Assembly (NCBI GenBank): GCA_040954595.2
Contig: CM082582.2
Span: forward strand, 12,545,777-12,609,776
From: Balanoglossus misakiensis
Lineage: Eukaryota > Animalia > Hemichordata
DNA: 64,000 nt
Direction: 5' to 3'
Shown here one piece after another: positions 12,792 to 26,654 of this stretch (positions within the stretch are counted from its first letter, which is position 1; each line of letters begins with the position of its first letter). The translations under genes were made by a program, and so were the position numbers. The notes under the pieces are model-generated. The model was not told the DNA's origin, did not search any database, and saw only the letters and a list, made by a program, of their open reading frames with translations.

Positions 12792-15382
12792 CCACCCACT
12801 AAAGCATGAATCAGATATTAATGTATTTAAGAGAGAAAGAAGAAATATACAATCACGTTTACATCATTTTGCCATTTGTCCAACTATGCAAAGTCTGTGA
12901 CGTTTCAAAATTCACAGGATATAAGGTTGCAGTTCATTAATGACAAACTCAGACCACACTTGCAAAATGTTTTTTTTTCTTCAATTTAACCCTGAATTTG
13001 AATAATGATTCCCATCAAGAGAAAATTGTCAAATCAACATTAGTGAGCTATTATGCTTGTTCACTTGCAAATCAATGCAATCTGAATGGCTCCAGGACTT
13101 GTCATTCCAGTATTCTGTGCAAGAACTGAACCATGTTGGAGCAAATGGCAAATTTTGCTTTGTTAATGTTGTGGTCACGCAATTTACATTTGATGCTCTT
13201 AAAATCTGAAAGGGGAGGATTAAATGCCCTTTCCAAACTATTTGAAAATAGATGCACCCTTCCTTCAACACCATTTTGATTGGGGTGACTTGTCTAGACT
13301 TTGTTGAGTTACTCTGACATGAATCATAATCGTGTGTATTACAGACAAGAAACCATAAACAACTGTTTATATTTGTGAAATTTACATGATCTATATAGGT
13401 TTACCAGTTTGCTTATTTCTTACTGTTACTAAAAGCCATTTTCAAGGAGTGTACAATTTTACTGCTGGTCTGTATGTACATACAAGATTTGCTGGACTGC
13501 AGATAACAAAACACAAACATTTTTGTTTTCTTTTAGGTTTCCATATTGTACATACCATTATAGTGTTTTCCTGTAACATACAAAAAACGTGGCACAAAAA
13601 ATATTGCAACAAAGATGTTAATTTTCAAGCAAAACATTCCATTTCCCAGTAAACAATGTTCTATAGTAAGCTACTTGGAAATTGGAATTAGCATTAAACA
13701 TGGCTGTCTTCTTATCACAGATTTTAAGTTGTTTTCTGTTATGTCCATTATCTCTTGAATTGTCCAAATACTTGTGTTGTGTGTGCGCTACCTTTATGTG
13801 TTGATATTTTGTATCTGAAAGCATAGTTTAGTTTAATGAAAATAGATGAATTTTGATATTTACGAAAAGGTAGAATTTTGCAATAAAGTAGCATTTTATA
13901 ATTTCAGATCTATTGTTGGGTCGTGTGACTTTCTTTTTTTTAGAGGGGTAGGGTGAGAACAATATCCATGAATCAGCAAAGGTAAAGATGGAGTCTACCC
14001 ACATCTGAATTTTAATCAGACATGATCATGAGTTCTGACAATATGCGGACAGTACTCTGTTCAGAATTTTTTTATATCGCCACCAACGGCAGGTATGACA
14101 AATTGCTTCACTGCACTGGCCCATTACTGCAGACTTGCAGTGCAGACACCATTTCCGACAGACAAGGTGGCAGTCATGTTTAACAAATTCTGATTGGTCA
14201 ATTTCTATCCACACACCTGAACAGGCAAGACCACAGCGCTTGTAATTGGTCAATTACGCTCTGCACTCTTCATGCTCTTGGAACAGGTGTGGTCAAGTGA
14301 CCTTTGAACCCACCACCATTCATTGGTTAATTAACATGATTGTTTACAAAACATTCATAGCATTTAAATATATATTGAACATGCGCATACATTACCAGAC
14401 GAATTCGCACCTGTTGGTGCAAAAGTTCATTTAACTTTCAAAGGCAGAGATTGAGATTAGTTCTGACATACATGGACGGAAATCTCTGATGTGGATTATG
14501 CTGTTAGTTCTAACCATCAAGCAACAACACTTATATTGGTAAGAGCAAATATTTTATTTCACAAATTAAATGAACAAAAACGTATTTATTAAGCATCTTT
14601 AACATTTTCATCTCATTTTTTACTCTGTAGAGGACTATAATCAGTCACATCAGTTTCATTCCAACTTCACCATCAAAATACAATAATGAAACATAATTTG
14701 ATAGAAAATCTAATTTTTCCATGATTGTACAATTCACTGTAGTTACAATGTGAACATAAAGGGATTTGTAATTAATTACCTATTTTCTCATATTCAGAAT
14801 AATTTTGTCGAAAGGGTCACTCTTAAATATAAGATTGTGCATCACTATTCTTTGGTTTCCGGTTCTCCCGGCAGACTGAAATTTTCAGCTGAAAACTAAC
14901 CCTGAATGCTTAAAATGTCATTTTACTGAAATGTTGAATGTCACAGAAATACTAGTTTTTCCTCTTGAAGTACACTTAGTTTCAGAAGTTTGAAGATAAC
15001 TGACCCTGTAACAAGGTTGCTAGCTATCATGCTTGTTTTTGAACAATACATAAACACATAAAAACATCACAACACTTTGCTGCTGTATAAGGCAAAACAA
15101 AAAGGTGGATTTAAAATCTCAATTTCATTTCATGAAACAAGATATAAGCTTTAGATATTTTCTAATATATTTTTTATCTGTGTTTGTCTTGTAAATTGTA
15201 ATCAATGTAACTGACTTGAATCTGTTTGCATTTTAGTTCACACCAATGCAAAACAATTTTTCACACAAACCATTATCATATCATATATTATCATTACCAG
15301 TCCATATGGTTTGAAACGGCAACACTTTGAATTTCTGGCATGGGTTCCTTTGCATTGCATAGAAGAAATGTCTGATTTTCAT

Positions 15383-18126
15383 TTATTTAGTGTGAGGAGT
15401 TTTTAACACTCCCACTCGTCGAAGGTATCGCACAATGAACGGTGTAGACGTCAGTGTTATTCCAATACGGACTGGAGCAAACATCTTGTGCACTGCATAA
15501 GCAACAACAAAAGTACTGGCACCTGTGGCCACTTTAGAATCTGCTATAGCCTGTCCCATGCCAACTTTATTCAGTAATACCTGCATGTCAATCCCACTGT
15601 AAAAGATAAAAAAATATAATGTGTTATTCATGTCCTGCTGTTAAATGTTCTTACTGCAGTCAGCTCTCTGCAGATTCAAAAGTAGCTGTGTACAGAGGAT
15701 CATCTCATGATCATCTGGGGATAGTTTCAACTTATTTCATGACATGCCTACATGAAATTTCAGATCACATTCACAACACACACACTTGCCTCCATCCACT
15801 CTTGACTGCTTTAAGAGATCATGTACATACATGTATAGTGGGTCACATCTCAAGACATTTCACACTGACCTACAAAACTGCCAAGCAACTATGACGCACA
15901 ACCATACCAATACACACAACTGTTTCTAAAATTAGCATCACATCAAACCGAGTCCTGAATTCCATCATCTACATTTCAGTTCACACTGGCATCGTGCAAA
16001 GTAGCATTTTTTTCTAAGATATAAAGACTGACTTCAGTCCCAAAATTTGAAGTCAAATTTTACAAACTAAATGGTATATTTGTTTAACAATTTATACCAT
16101 TGACTTTGTGTATGCATTGGATGTGAATTATTAATGGATGGTGTCAGGCAGTACATTTTGTATGTCTTATCATCAGCTGGATTGAAATCGTGTGACATGT
16201 ACAGATAATGATCTGGCACATAAAATTTTCATTGTCATATTGCACGTAAGCAGATTTTATGTTAATTCACAAAGTATGCAAACATTCCATCAGATTAAAA
16301 TCAGCTGAGGAGGTATGTGGCATCTTTATCATTGCATGGTCTCGGCTATTTGCATTCTATGGTAGTTGGTGTAGAGGCAGCAGAATGCAAATAACTAGGA
16401 GACCAAGCAAACACACAGCCTTGACCTACAGCTATTTTTATTCAGATTGCACAGGCAAACATTGCCATCAGATTAAAACTTAGGTTAATATAGCTAGTGT
16501 AGAAAGTCAGCATTTAATTATTAGTTCTAATATCCACAGAACCATTTCCATGACCTATTTAGATGTTTTTTTCTGTCATATTTTGGAACTGATGTGAGAA
16601 GTTGCAGATGTTCTTTCAAATCAAGTGATACGAGATGTACAGAGCACACAATTACAGTTAAATGTTACTGAAAACAAGATGACATCTGAGTCGTTTTCTG
16701 TCGACTTTACAGTAGTGTCCTGAATATGCAGTCGGTCATCTTGTTTGGAGAATATTAAACTGTAATCATGCTGAAGAATAAGTAAAAAAAAATATATGCC
16801 AGATTGCAGGTGTGCAATGAGTATATGAAAGAAGTTGTTATGATGGTGTATGGAAATGGTCTAGGATGGCATAAAAGCATGGTGACTTAATCACCTTGAG
16901 ACAGCCAGGTAAAATCCGCCGAGGGATAGCAATGATATGCCCACATGAAACACAACCACAGTGGCACCGTAATCTCTCACAGCTTGCTTTAGTCGTTCCC
17001 TCTGAGTAACTTTGGACTCAGGCTGGGGCCCAGGCGAGGAGGAGGATGAGGTATGGCAGTGTCTTACAAGAGGGCTGAGCATCATGCCACAACTTACCGG
17101 CACATACTTCACAATCACAGGTGGTGTTGAAGCAGGCCGTATGTCCTGACGTGGTCTTCCAAAGACAGGTTTACCGGGAAGATTATGAAGCATGTGAGCC
17201 ACATCTTCATCCCATGTTTCGAAATGTCTACCTAATATTTCAGATACGGGGTTAATGTCACCGGTGTGAAGAGATCGATTTGTCTCTCCAAATTTTGCCT
17301 TTCTTTCTTTTTTAGGGACAAATTGTGAGCGTGGATCGGTGTGGTAGTGATGTCGGGTTGCTCTGTCCATCTCTGGTATCTCGTTCAATTCGTGGACGTG
17401 ATCCTTCTTGTTGTGGAAAAACAGCAGCACTGAATCCTCATCCCAAGCCTCATACGTGCGGCCGACAGAATGAGACTGGCGGTTGTGTGCAGTTGATGAT
17501 GTGGTGTGGTAACCGCGTGCTTTGGACAACGACTGACCATTCCCAGAACCTTGCTGTATGTCAGAAAGTGTTACCTTGCCAAGAAGTGATTTTGTAGGAC
17601 AGTACTTTGTGCTGCCGGGAAGACAGCTTCCTTGCAAAACGCACGCCATTTCTTCATCCCATGTATCGGCGGTCCCACACACTGGTGCGTTTGTCTGGAC
17701 GTTTTTGACGAAAGTTACGGTTCCGAACGCGGTGCTTGGTGCATCCCGGTTCAACTGTAACTGCCGGAGCGGCGAATTTGAGTCGGCTGAAGAGTGAAAC
17801 TCGCGGCAAGCAGCTCCCTGGTTGACGCTGTGCAATTTGTTTTTCAATAACTCCGCACGATCTTGCTGATTCTTGATAAAGACCTGTGCTCGGGCAAGAA
17901 CTTCCCTTGTATCTTTTGGCAGCATCTCTCGCGGCATCGGCTGAATCCCTTGCACAACAGGCGGGTCACTTACAAGTTGTCTTCCCTTGTTTTCTTCAGG
18001 TATATGCAGTGTGTCTTCCCTGTGCTCTGAATAATGACGACCAACGACAGTCGCAACAACCGGCTTGTGCGATTTCACCAGACCGGATAAGCCCCGTTTT
18101 ACGCCACTGATTTGAACCCGATACAT
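15383..18126 (-). CDS. FAM210B: FAM210B-like mitochondrial protein (C-terminal DUF1279) with long N-terminal extension, 2 exons, about 481 aa
   Basis: Exon 1 18126-16895, exon 2 15596-15383 (GT-AG, phase 2). C-terminal QRERLKQAVRDYGATVVVFHVGISLLSLGGFYLAVSSGIDM...GASTFVVAYAVHKMFAPVRIGITLTSTPFIVRYLR is typical FAM210B; the N-terminus is Arg/Lys/Ser-rich and acid-free, like a presequence. Confidence 0.9.
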
Positions 18127-18599
18127 GTTTACGAACAATTGACCAGAAAAATTGGAATGAAATTGTATTAACTTGGATCAGTTAAATTTCGTGTCCCGAT
18201 CAGTCCACTACAGCTACGAAATGTAAATAATCACTGCTGCGCCGCTCCGGTGAGTAAAGCCAAAATACGCCAGTACATACAAATTTAAATGTGAACAAAA
18301 AGTAAAAGGCCCTTTAACCTACTCAATGTATTTGGCGATCAAATACGCACTCACCTAATTTTTCTTAAAGAACCTTGTGTTTTTTAGTGAAATTAAGCAG
18401 TGACCTAATTTACTATAAAATAACGATCACACAATACAAAACTATATTGTTTGTGCTAGAAATAGGACATTTCATATTGTTTGAAAAATATTGTAAACTG
18501 AATACAGTGATACTTTTAAGTAGGCTGCAGGGTACTACAGAAAGGGAAGCACGGGCCTAACCTTTGACCCGATAGTATCACGCGTTCAGAAGCTGAAAG

Positions 18600-18742
18600 T
18601 GACGTCACAGAGCTGCTAGCACAAGGAACGCACCAATCACTTTTTGCGTTGCATCACCGATCACACCCTGAACATGTGGGAAGGTGTGCGATGATATTGG
18701 TCACGCGACTTCGCCCATCTCCGGCAATGAATGCTGAGTCAC
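18600..18742. promoter_or_regulatory. CRE and ARE/NF-E2 (CNC-small Maf) sites upstream of FAM210B
   Basis: TGACGTCA at 18600-18607; TGCTGAGTCAC at 18732-18742 (reverse GTGACTCAGCA, full ARE consensus). Confidence 0.35.
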
Positions 18743-19220
18743 AATGAAGTGAATGATGTGAGGACAACTTTGTTATTGTCTGGGGTCACAGTAGTATGAA
18801 CACGTGTTGTAAACGTGTGAATTTATTCTCATTTCTAGACAATAGAAGACAGTGTTGTTTACGAATACGAGTGTTTTGAGGTTCGAAGATCCAAAATGGC
18901 CACCGTGTATGTAATGTGTATATTTCATGTCCGTTTTAGACATAAACATTATTCCTGAGTCCTGGACTGATTTCATTTCAGGATGATTTCCTGCCGTCAC
19001 GTTTTACCGTCTGAGGTGCACGAATTTCCAGGACATCGATAGAGGTCGAAGCCAGCGTCCAAACAGCTCTATTAAAAAGTATTTTCCATTTCCGTGATGT
19101 TCATCAAGTTTCCATAGCCATGATGTTCATCACAGGCTAGGGATGCGTGGTACAAACGATGGACCTTCACTGAGTGAAAGATTGAGGGCGCCGACCACTT
19201 ACACGGACTTGTCATGATTT

Positions 19221-22039
19221 TCATGTGGTTGCCGAGTCCCTGGCGACTGGTCGGCCATAATTCGAAGCTGTACTCTGCGCGAAACTTATAGCAGTTACGT
19301 CCACTTGACTGTTTGTGCGTCGGAGATACTTGCGACAGATGTGGCACAGAAGAGCGCTGAACCCTACCCTGAAGTTTCGGTTGAATGTTACATAGAGAAC
19401 TGAGTTGTAACAAGTACTGAACGCGGCAAGGGTCAATCGAATCTCATTCCATAATGAATTGCTCATGGAGCTGTCCGTTTTTCCTGTCACTTTCTGGAGA
19501 GACAAAGAAAAAGGGGGAAAATACATAATGTAAGATTTTACAGTTACTATAGGCCCGTGTAGGAGGCCGTGGAGCTCCCGCACACGACCGAATCATTCAG
19601 TTATGGTCAACTTGGTCGAATTGTGAATGATTCATATCCAAGGTGAAAATATTGACAAACGAATGACAAGAAATGGTGCTCTAAGATACCGTTACACCCT
19701 TTTTAAAACTCACCGCTTCAAAGAGCAACACGAAGAACGGAAGCCATACCAAGGTGAAGATGACAGCCACTGTGACCAACATCTTGACTACCTTTACACG
19801 CCTCTTCCGAGCTGCCGACACGTGTAAAGCGCGTGCGGTACAATTTTCGACGCGGCTGTGCCTTGAGATCAAAAAAGCGACCACGGCAGTGTAATTCCTC
19901 ACCATGACAACCAAGGGCAACATGTATGAGAACAGGAGAATGAAGGCAGCATCGAAAATGCGAAAGTTCCTGGAAACGGAATTCTCAGCGGTGCAGACCA
20001 ACCACGTTGTGTTCAAAGTGAAATTCTCGGCTACCACTACTTCATATTCGTAAAGCGTCGGTATTCCCACAAGAACGGACAGAACCCAAGTGACCAGTAT
20101 AAGTTTCTTGCACGTTTTCTTGGAGAGCTGCTTCTGCAAGCTCTGCACGATTGCCCGGTATCGTTCCCATGACAACAGTACCAGCGTGTACGACGCGTTC
20201 GTGATGCAGAAGACTGGTAAAAAGTTGACCAATTTACAGGCAACCGGACCTACAATTAAATTGAAATATTTGAAAAAACTTTATAAGCAGACGTAGAAAT
20301 AGGAAACTCAATATTCATGATAGGATAATTCGATAAAGTGACGCCCCCACGAGACCAACTTATTCGGGTGAAAGAGACCTAGTTAATTACCGAGAATTCG
20401 TCAACATGAAGTGTTGGACATATCAACTACTAGGCAGTTTCTTTGGGGTATAAAATGATTCCTCTCGCTGCTCTTACTGATATGTGATGCTGTGCGAACA
20501 TTCATCTCCTCCCCCTTCCCTCCTTCACGCAGCGCGGATGTGCAGTCGTGAGAGTGATATCCACGTGAGGTGTCGAAGTGCGCTTCAGCGTGAGTGGATT
20601 ACCCGAAGGCCAAACCTATTATCATCTTGTCACCCATCACGTCTTTTAAAAAATTACAGACTACTTTTAAAGGAGCATCTACTTGTCCACAATCGCTACG
20701 GTGTTTACGAACTTAACCGAATAAAACCGAAAGATAGACTTTACCCACGAGCGAGCCTCGTATGCTTATTGGAACACTAAATACCAAAGTGCAACAACTG
20801 CCCAGAAAAGAAATATGTGACCTTCACACAAAAATCTTTATCTCTGAGTAGTTCAAGAAGAAAACAGGCTTCCCACTGTCGCCCACAGAGGAGATTCTGC
20901 CGGTACAGCAACCTATGCAGGTCTCCCATTTCGTGTATTTCAGCAACGTTGATCAACAACCAACTAAAAGGAGTCAACACACTAAAAGGCCTTTCCATGC
21001 AGTCTTCAGACCAGGAAATCAAAGCTGTTGTACTCAGCTTTTTATACACAGAATGTAGATACAATAGTTTTCCCCTTTATCACCTGCCAGGTGAGGTGAA
21101 AACAAAATGCAAATTGTCATCGTTCTGTCCGTGTGATAAGTGAGATAAATGAACACATTGGTCGACTGTAAGCTTAGCATTCGGAGCTCCGCTCTCTTGT
21201 GTTATAACACAATTGACCAAACTCGTTCATTATCAGTCGCCGCATATACAAGACAACATCTCACACCTGTTCGCGGCATTTCGTTTGAGAACGACCCCTT
21301 GCTGCTTTAACAACCAATTAGACACACCTGTCTCACGCTTTCCACAAAGCTCACATTTTGTTCCAATTCCACAACAACATTGCCTCCACTACTAGCTGTT
21401 CGTAACGGAGGCGAGGGTGGTTTTGCTGATGGTTTTTGGTGGTGGTGGCGGCGAGGGTGGTTTTGTTGGTGTGTTTTTTGTGGTGGTGGCGGCGAGGGTG
21501 GTGGTTTTGGTGGTGGTTATTTTGGACATGATACTCCACGAGATATAGTATAGTCGCTGGCATTACTTGAATCGCCCCAAGAAACATGCGTTTTCAATGT
21601 CGTGAGAATCATCTTGCATCCATTAGCTAGTCGAATTAGTTACAACTAACATGATAAATCAAGGAACAAGTGAACACACGTAATTTTATTGATCAATATC
21701 GGCGTCAAATGAGCTGTCACAAGGACGATAAAAAGCACACTACGCAGTCAGCTCAAGCCTGGAAATGAAACCTCGACAGAATGTTGTCAAATTTTGACGC
21801 TTACCTTCGAAGAAATCATCTGTATGGGATATGTCGTGGATAGACTGGGGTATAGACAGGCCGGCGAATGAAATGTCGCTCATGGCCAAGTTCACGATCA
21901 ACATGTTGGTGACATTGTGCATCTTCTTATTTCGGGCGACAACGACGATGACGAGTGCGTTAGCGACAACAGACAGGAACACCAATATGGACATGAAGCT
22001 GACGAAGACAGCGTCGCCATTGTCCAGATGTGTCTCCAT
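19221..22039 (-). CDS. Rhodopsin-family (class A) peptide-type GPCR, copy 1 (QRFP/orexin/NPFF-receptor-like orphan), 3 coding exons, about 347 aa
   Basis: Exons 22039-21805, 20249-19714, 19493-19221 (1044 nt). TM1 Asn (VANALV), TM2 NLAMSD, TM3 ACKLVNF...SWERYRAI, TM6 FTLVWLPF, TM7 YNSVLY, helix 8 NRNFR. Confidence 0.88.
21411..21520. repeat. (GGT/GGC)n low-complexity degenerate microsatellite in GPCR1 intron 1
   Basis: Repeated GGTGGTGGCGGCGAGGGTGGTTTT units. Confidence 0.75.
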
Positions 22040-25000
22040 TATCGTTGCTTTGACGTTACCTGCAGATCTGTGTTTGTTCGAGATCTTGTATGGCTGTGGT
22101 GATATCAGACCGTGATGGATGCTGGGTGCGTCTCAATGAATTGTTTATTTGCTGATGAGGACTGTGATGCACACGTTGAAACCTGATCGTTGAAAAGTCC
22201 ATCCAGTCACGAAGTAGGCTAGAGACTGAAATATAATATAGAACATTTTGTGTTATGTGGGAGTAGACTTGTCACATGTTCATGTTCTACTACTGTATAC
22301 CTAGTAAAACTTATTCTTGTCACTCCCTGTTGCGGTAAACACGCTTGTGGCTATAAGCTTAGCATGTATCTTTTGGTTTCACGGCAAGAAAACGGGCGTT
22401 AGTGTTTCAGTCAGTCGTACACAACATACCTGACGAATGTCAAGGGTTAGCAGTACCAGAATTGGATCAACCACTCCAATGGGCCCACGATTTTGGTGTG
22501 TAAAATGAAATCTTCAAAATTCCCTTAAATACCGTTTGATCTTGATCAGTTTACGCATGCCTACAGAACACAGCTTTCCTGATTTTCCAGTTATGGACTG
22601 TAGCACTGCAAGACTGCCCTTAAATCTGACAATGCCAGAAGGGGCAAAAAAGATGGATGAACTTTGAAAATAATTGACACAATAAAGAAATCTTTAAGAC
22701 ATACTCCTATGACGTGGATGATGAGACGCTTCCAGTTAAATCTTTAAAAAAGTATCAGGCAGCGATAATTGGATTAACTAAATACTTCACCGCCCCAAGT
22801 CATACGTGTTGATTCTGTTCGAAGCACGCATTCTTGTTTTACGACCTTGGGGTTGCCACTGATAACCTCTAACTGTACACAATTTGTGTTTAATGGCTAA
22901 GTTTTTGCAGGCCCATATTATTATTTTGTATGCAGCTATTACGGAAAGAATTCTTTCAAGCATTTCACGAAGGCCAAGTGTCGTTCAGAAATGGGGTAGT
23001 CCGAACTTTGTGCAGATTTCAATGCAACGACGTGAATATCCGTCAAGACTTGGTAGTCACTCTTCCGGAAACATGCATCTCATTTGTCATGTGTGTATAG
23101 TCATTGCTGTCGCTTGACTGTAACGACACTTCGCCATACCGTGTCTTTGTACCGTAATAATTTAATAGAGCAACTTCTGCCATGTCCATACGGAATGATG
23201 ACTCTGTCACACAAAAGAAGGTTGTCTTCACATCTTGTGTATCTGTTATCTCATGAAGTAGATCATCCAGACATCACTAGCTATCATCTTGCAAATCAAC
23301 ACGTAGAATGACTTTGCATGACAAACTGCTATTAAATCCTCCTTAAGCCTCTTTAAGAGTTCCAATTTGTGATAATAAACACAGAGTCTTACCGATACTT
23401 TAACAAATGTGTGACTTCCTGTGTATCGCATTATGTTCCATTAACATCGTCTTTTCTTCCCTTAGACTCAGCGGTATATTACTTAATGAGGCCTAAAATT
23501 ATGAATATGCGCTGAAAAGTAGAATAGTTAAGGAAATTTCTGTACTCGTGTTGAGTGGCAAAGCAGAGGACAGGATATTAAAAAGGGAGACGAGGGTCAT
23601 TTCCTCACGTAGTTGTATTTTATAGACTACTGCAAGCATATATATTGTGCAATTTGGAAAGGGAAATTAAAAAGGTCTTGTCTGTAACCTACAGATTCTT
23701 TTGTACTTTTGACTTATATTGCCATCGTGTCTTTTCTCTTATTCAAACGACCCTACAAGCAGAATTTAAATCTCATGTGCACGTGCTTGGCGAGGGACGA
23801 GTTTCGGGTGGTTTTAAAATACTGACTCGAACATACATCGAAATAATTCAAACTTTCTGTTTTCGTGGTTTTTAGAGGCGACAACTCACCACCAACGCAG
23901 GAGATACTGAATACCATATATAGTAAGCAGTAAATTGTATCAATGCTTCCCTTCGTTAAATGTCAAAGCAAGGTTACAAGAGCAGTGGCACTAAATTTCA
24001 GCTCCGAACCACCGCCAGCGGTGTTTCACAGCAATGTGTAGGAGCACACATCGGAGGAGATAAGTGAGAGAAACGTGATGTAAAGGATGCCAATCATGCA
24101 AGCCCCCGCGAGCAAGAAACCGTTTGTTTGCTTATATCTTAGCAACGCCAAATATCAGAGCGAGGTCGAATGGGATGGATGACTTGTATTGAAGTTTCCT
24201 CTTGTTATGCGCATCTCTGTGAGGTTCGTTCACTGCACATCGATACAGAAATACAATTACATGTACTGGAAAGACAGGAGGACCATCGTTTTTATGAAGA
24301 TGCATACTATATACCTGTAGGCGAACTATAAGAGATAACACTTCCTTAGACTCTATCAACTTTACATGTTTATCAATAATACAAGACATGGTGGTTACAA
24401 TCCTTGCAACTAGACTGTGGACGATTAAGTGAAAAATAGCACACCCACGTGAGGAACTGGCATGTAGCGTTTTGTTTGATAAAAATGTAAATTTGTGAGC
24501 TCTCGCCTCTTGAGATTACGCATTGGAAGAACATGTATATGAGATAATGAATGGACGAGCTCCTAAGAGTGACTATGCCCTAGGCTTGAAGGAGACTTCT
24601 TTAAATCTCAAATTCTAAACTTTAAATTTGACTCGTGCTGGTTTCAAATATTGATATAGGCTACATTCCTTTACAAAATCTTTCATTTGGTGGAAACAGA
24701 CTCGACTGAAGATGGCGCTCTAGTATTTGTTGGCTGTGCTGTCTGTGTATACTCAATGATCGTGAGCTATGAGTTTTGAAAATCACTTTCAATAAAAAGA
24801 ATTGTTGATGATCCTTTAGTACGTATAGTGTATACCACAGCTGTCACACCGACAGTCTGCAATATTTCTCGCCTCTGTACATTGTTACGACACACCCTGT
24901 TTAGTTGCTTGGTCGAGAGAGGGGTATATTTTCTTTGCATAACAAAGGGCCCTGCCTTTTCAACTAGTTCATTTAAATATTAGTAATAACCAGATGTCAC

Positions 25001-25114
25001 CCATATAAAAGGCCTTCTCACAAAAACCACGAGGCACACTTCTCAACACTGACTCCAGGAGCACGTAGCTCCAGCTACACATCGCCTCGGGAATTAGGAA
25101 TTTACCTAGCTGGG

Positions 25115-25244
25115 CTGGATTCTGTGAGCAACGGACTTCATGAACAACGGACTTTGTGTGAGCAACTGACTTCTGTGAGCAACTGGATTCTGTGAGCAAC
25201 TGGCTTCTGTGAATGACGGACTTGGTCAGCAACGGACTTCTGTG
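25115..25244. repeat. Minisatellite, about 7 degenerate copies of an 18-20 bp unit (approx. TTCTGTGAGCAACGGAC)
   Basis: Visible tandem copies such as tctgtgagcaacggact, tgtgagcaactgacttc, tgtgagcaactggattc, tgtgagcaactggcttc. Confidence 0.8.
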
Positions 25245-26654
25245 CCTTGAGTTCGGCCAGGACTTTTGTGGACTCAATAACTCCTCGACCAAGCAGGGTA
25301 AAAACACATAGTGAACATTTTCTTTTGTGTGACTTTTTGATTTTAGAAGGCTAGTTGTTCAATTAAATATTCTGTTGTTGAACCACATTCTCCATTATGT
25401 GCTCAGTGACCTTAACATTACACAGAAGTTAACCTACCTGTTGTCTTACTCCTGGGGTTCTTCTCGACATAGCTCTTTTTCGGATCTCGAAGTTATCCAG
25501 GTGGTCACGGGCCGTTTCATTTAGTGGTAGTTTTTGGCGACGTTTCGTCAAAGAAGTGCACGTATACGTACATTTTATGTATATCAATTTGTCAAGAGCT
25601 GTGATTTACAAGCAATGGCTACTGTTAATCTCGCAAACCAAATTAACTTAACGGTATGAAAGTCAAAACAGGGCACACAGCAACAGAAAGATCTCGTTTC
25701 TCCGATCCTGCGTCTTGCAATCTCGTGCCAAAACATCCATGACGTCTCCAAGTATGCAAATGCACTTGCTCTTTTGATCAACAACGCCATTAATTATGTC
25801 GTCGGTCCCGGCGGGCAATGTGTCAGGCGAGACGCACACGTCAATAAAGTGTCCGCCTTCACACCGAGAAAACGATTACAAACCGTACATATTGATTGCC
25901 ATTCCCAAATGCCAATTTGGCGGAGAGGCACCTCGAACACCCGCTGATTTTCCAAGATCCAATAAATTATTAGACAATATTGTGCCTGCACACAGCAATC
26001 AATACCGAGATAAAATCGGCACTGACGCCAAAAGCCTGGTTGCGTCGTTTGATCGTTTTGACAAAATTTGCGACTGTGGTGTATCTACAGAACCCTCTTT
26101 TTTCTACTTTTTCTTATTTTTAATAAAGTATACTGTTATCTAATATTTACACGAACACGGTAACATTGACATGAAAAATCTTTTCAAATGGTTCTCACAA
26201 TTTGTGTTAAATTGTCATTAACAGTGACAGTAATGTGCTTCTAAAGTATAAATCGGGGAAATAAATTCGCTATAAAAAATATTAATATAACAATACATTG
26301 AAATTGTAGTAACTTATATTCAGTGGCATTTAAACCACAAAAAGAACAACTATTGTTGAATACATATAATATGTCTTTATATGCCATAGAGGAGATGCAA
26401 GATATCTATAAACATTTTTGTTCTGATCTTGCAAAATCTTTAGAACTGGCCACCGGAGATTATTACATGTAACTTACTGTCCAAATTGCTACGCATTTGG
26501 AACAATGCTATGGAACCTATTCCAAGCACTGCGACCACACAATGCAGCTCTGGTTTATGCTAATGACGGTATTGGCATAATATAGTTTGACGTGAATTTA
26601 TTGAAGTTTGTCAATATTCGCGTCTACTATAAAATCACTTCCCTGGTTAAAGTA

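Noticed and set aside
17200-17670. WDE(E/D) repeats as LC3-interacting (LIR) motifs
   Set aside because: LIR needs W/F/Y-x-x-L/I/V; position +3 after Trp is acidic in all three copies.
21351-21587. His/Asn-rich ORF
   Set aside because: Artefact of the (GGT)n low-complexity tract in a GPCR intron.
24969-25307. 112-aa repetitive ORF; also considered as a CRISPR-like array
   Set aside because: It is the translation of a minisatellite; there are no unique spacers and the context is eukaryotic.
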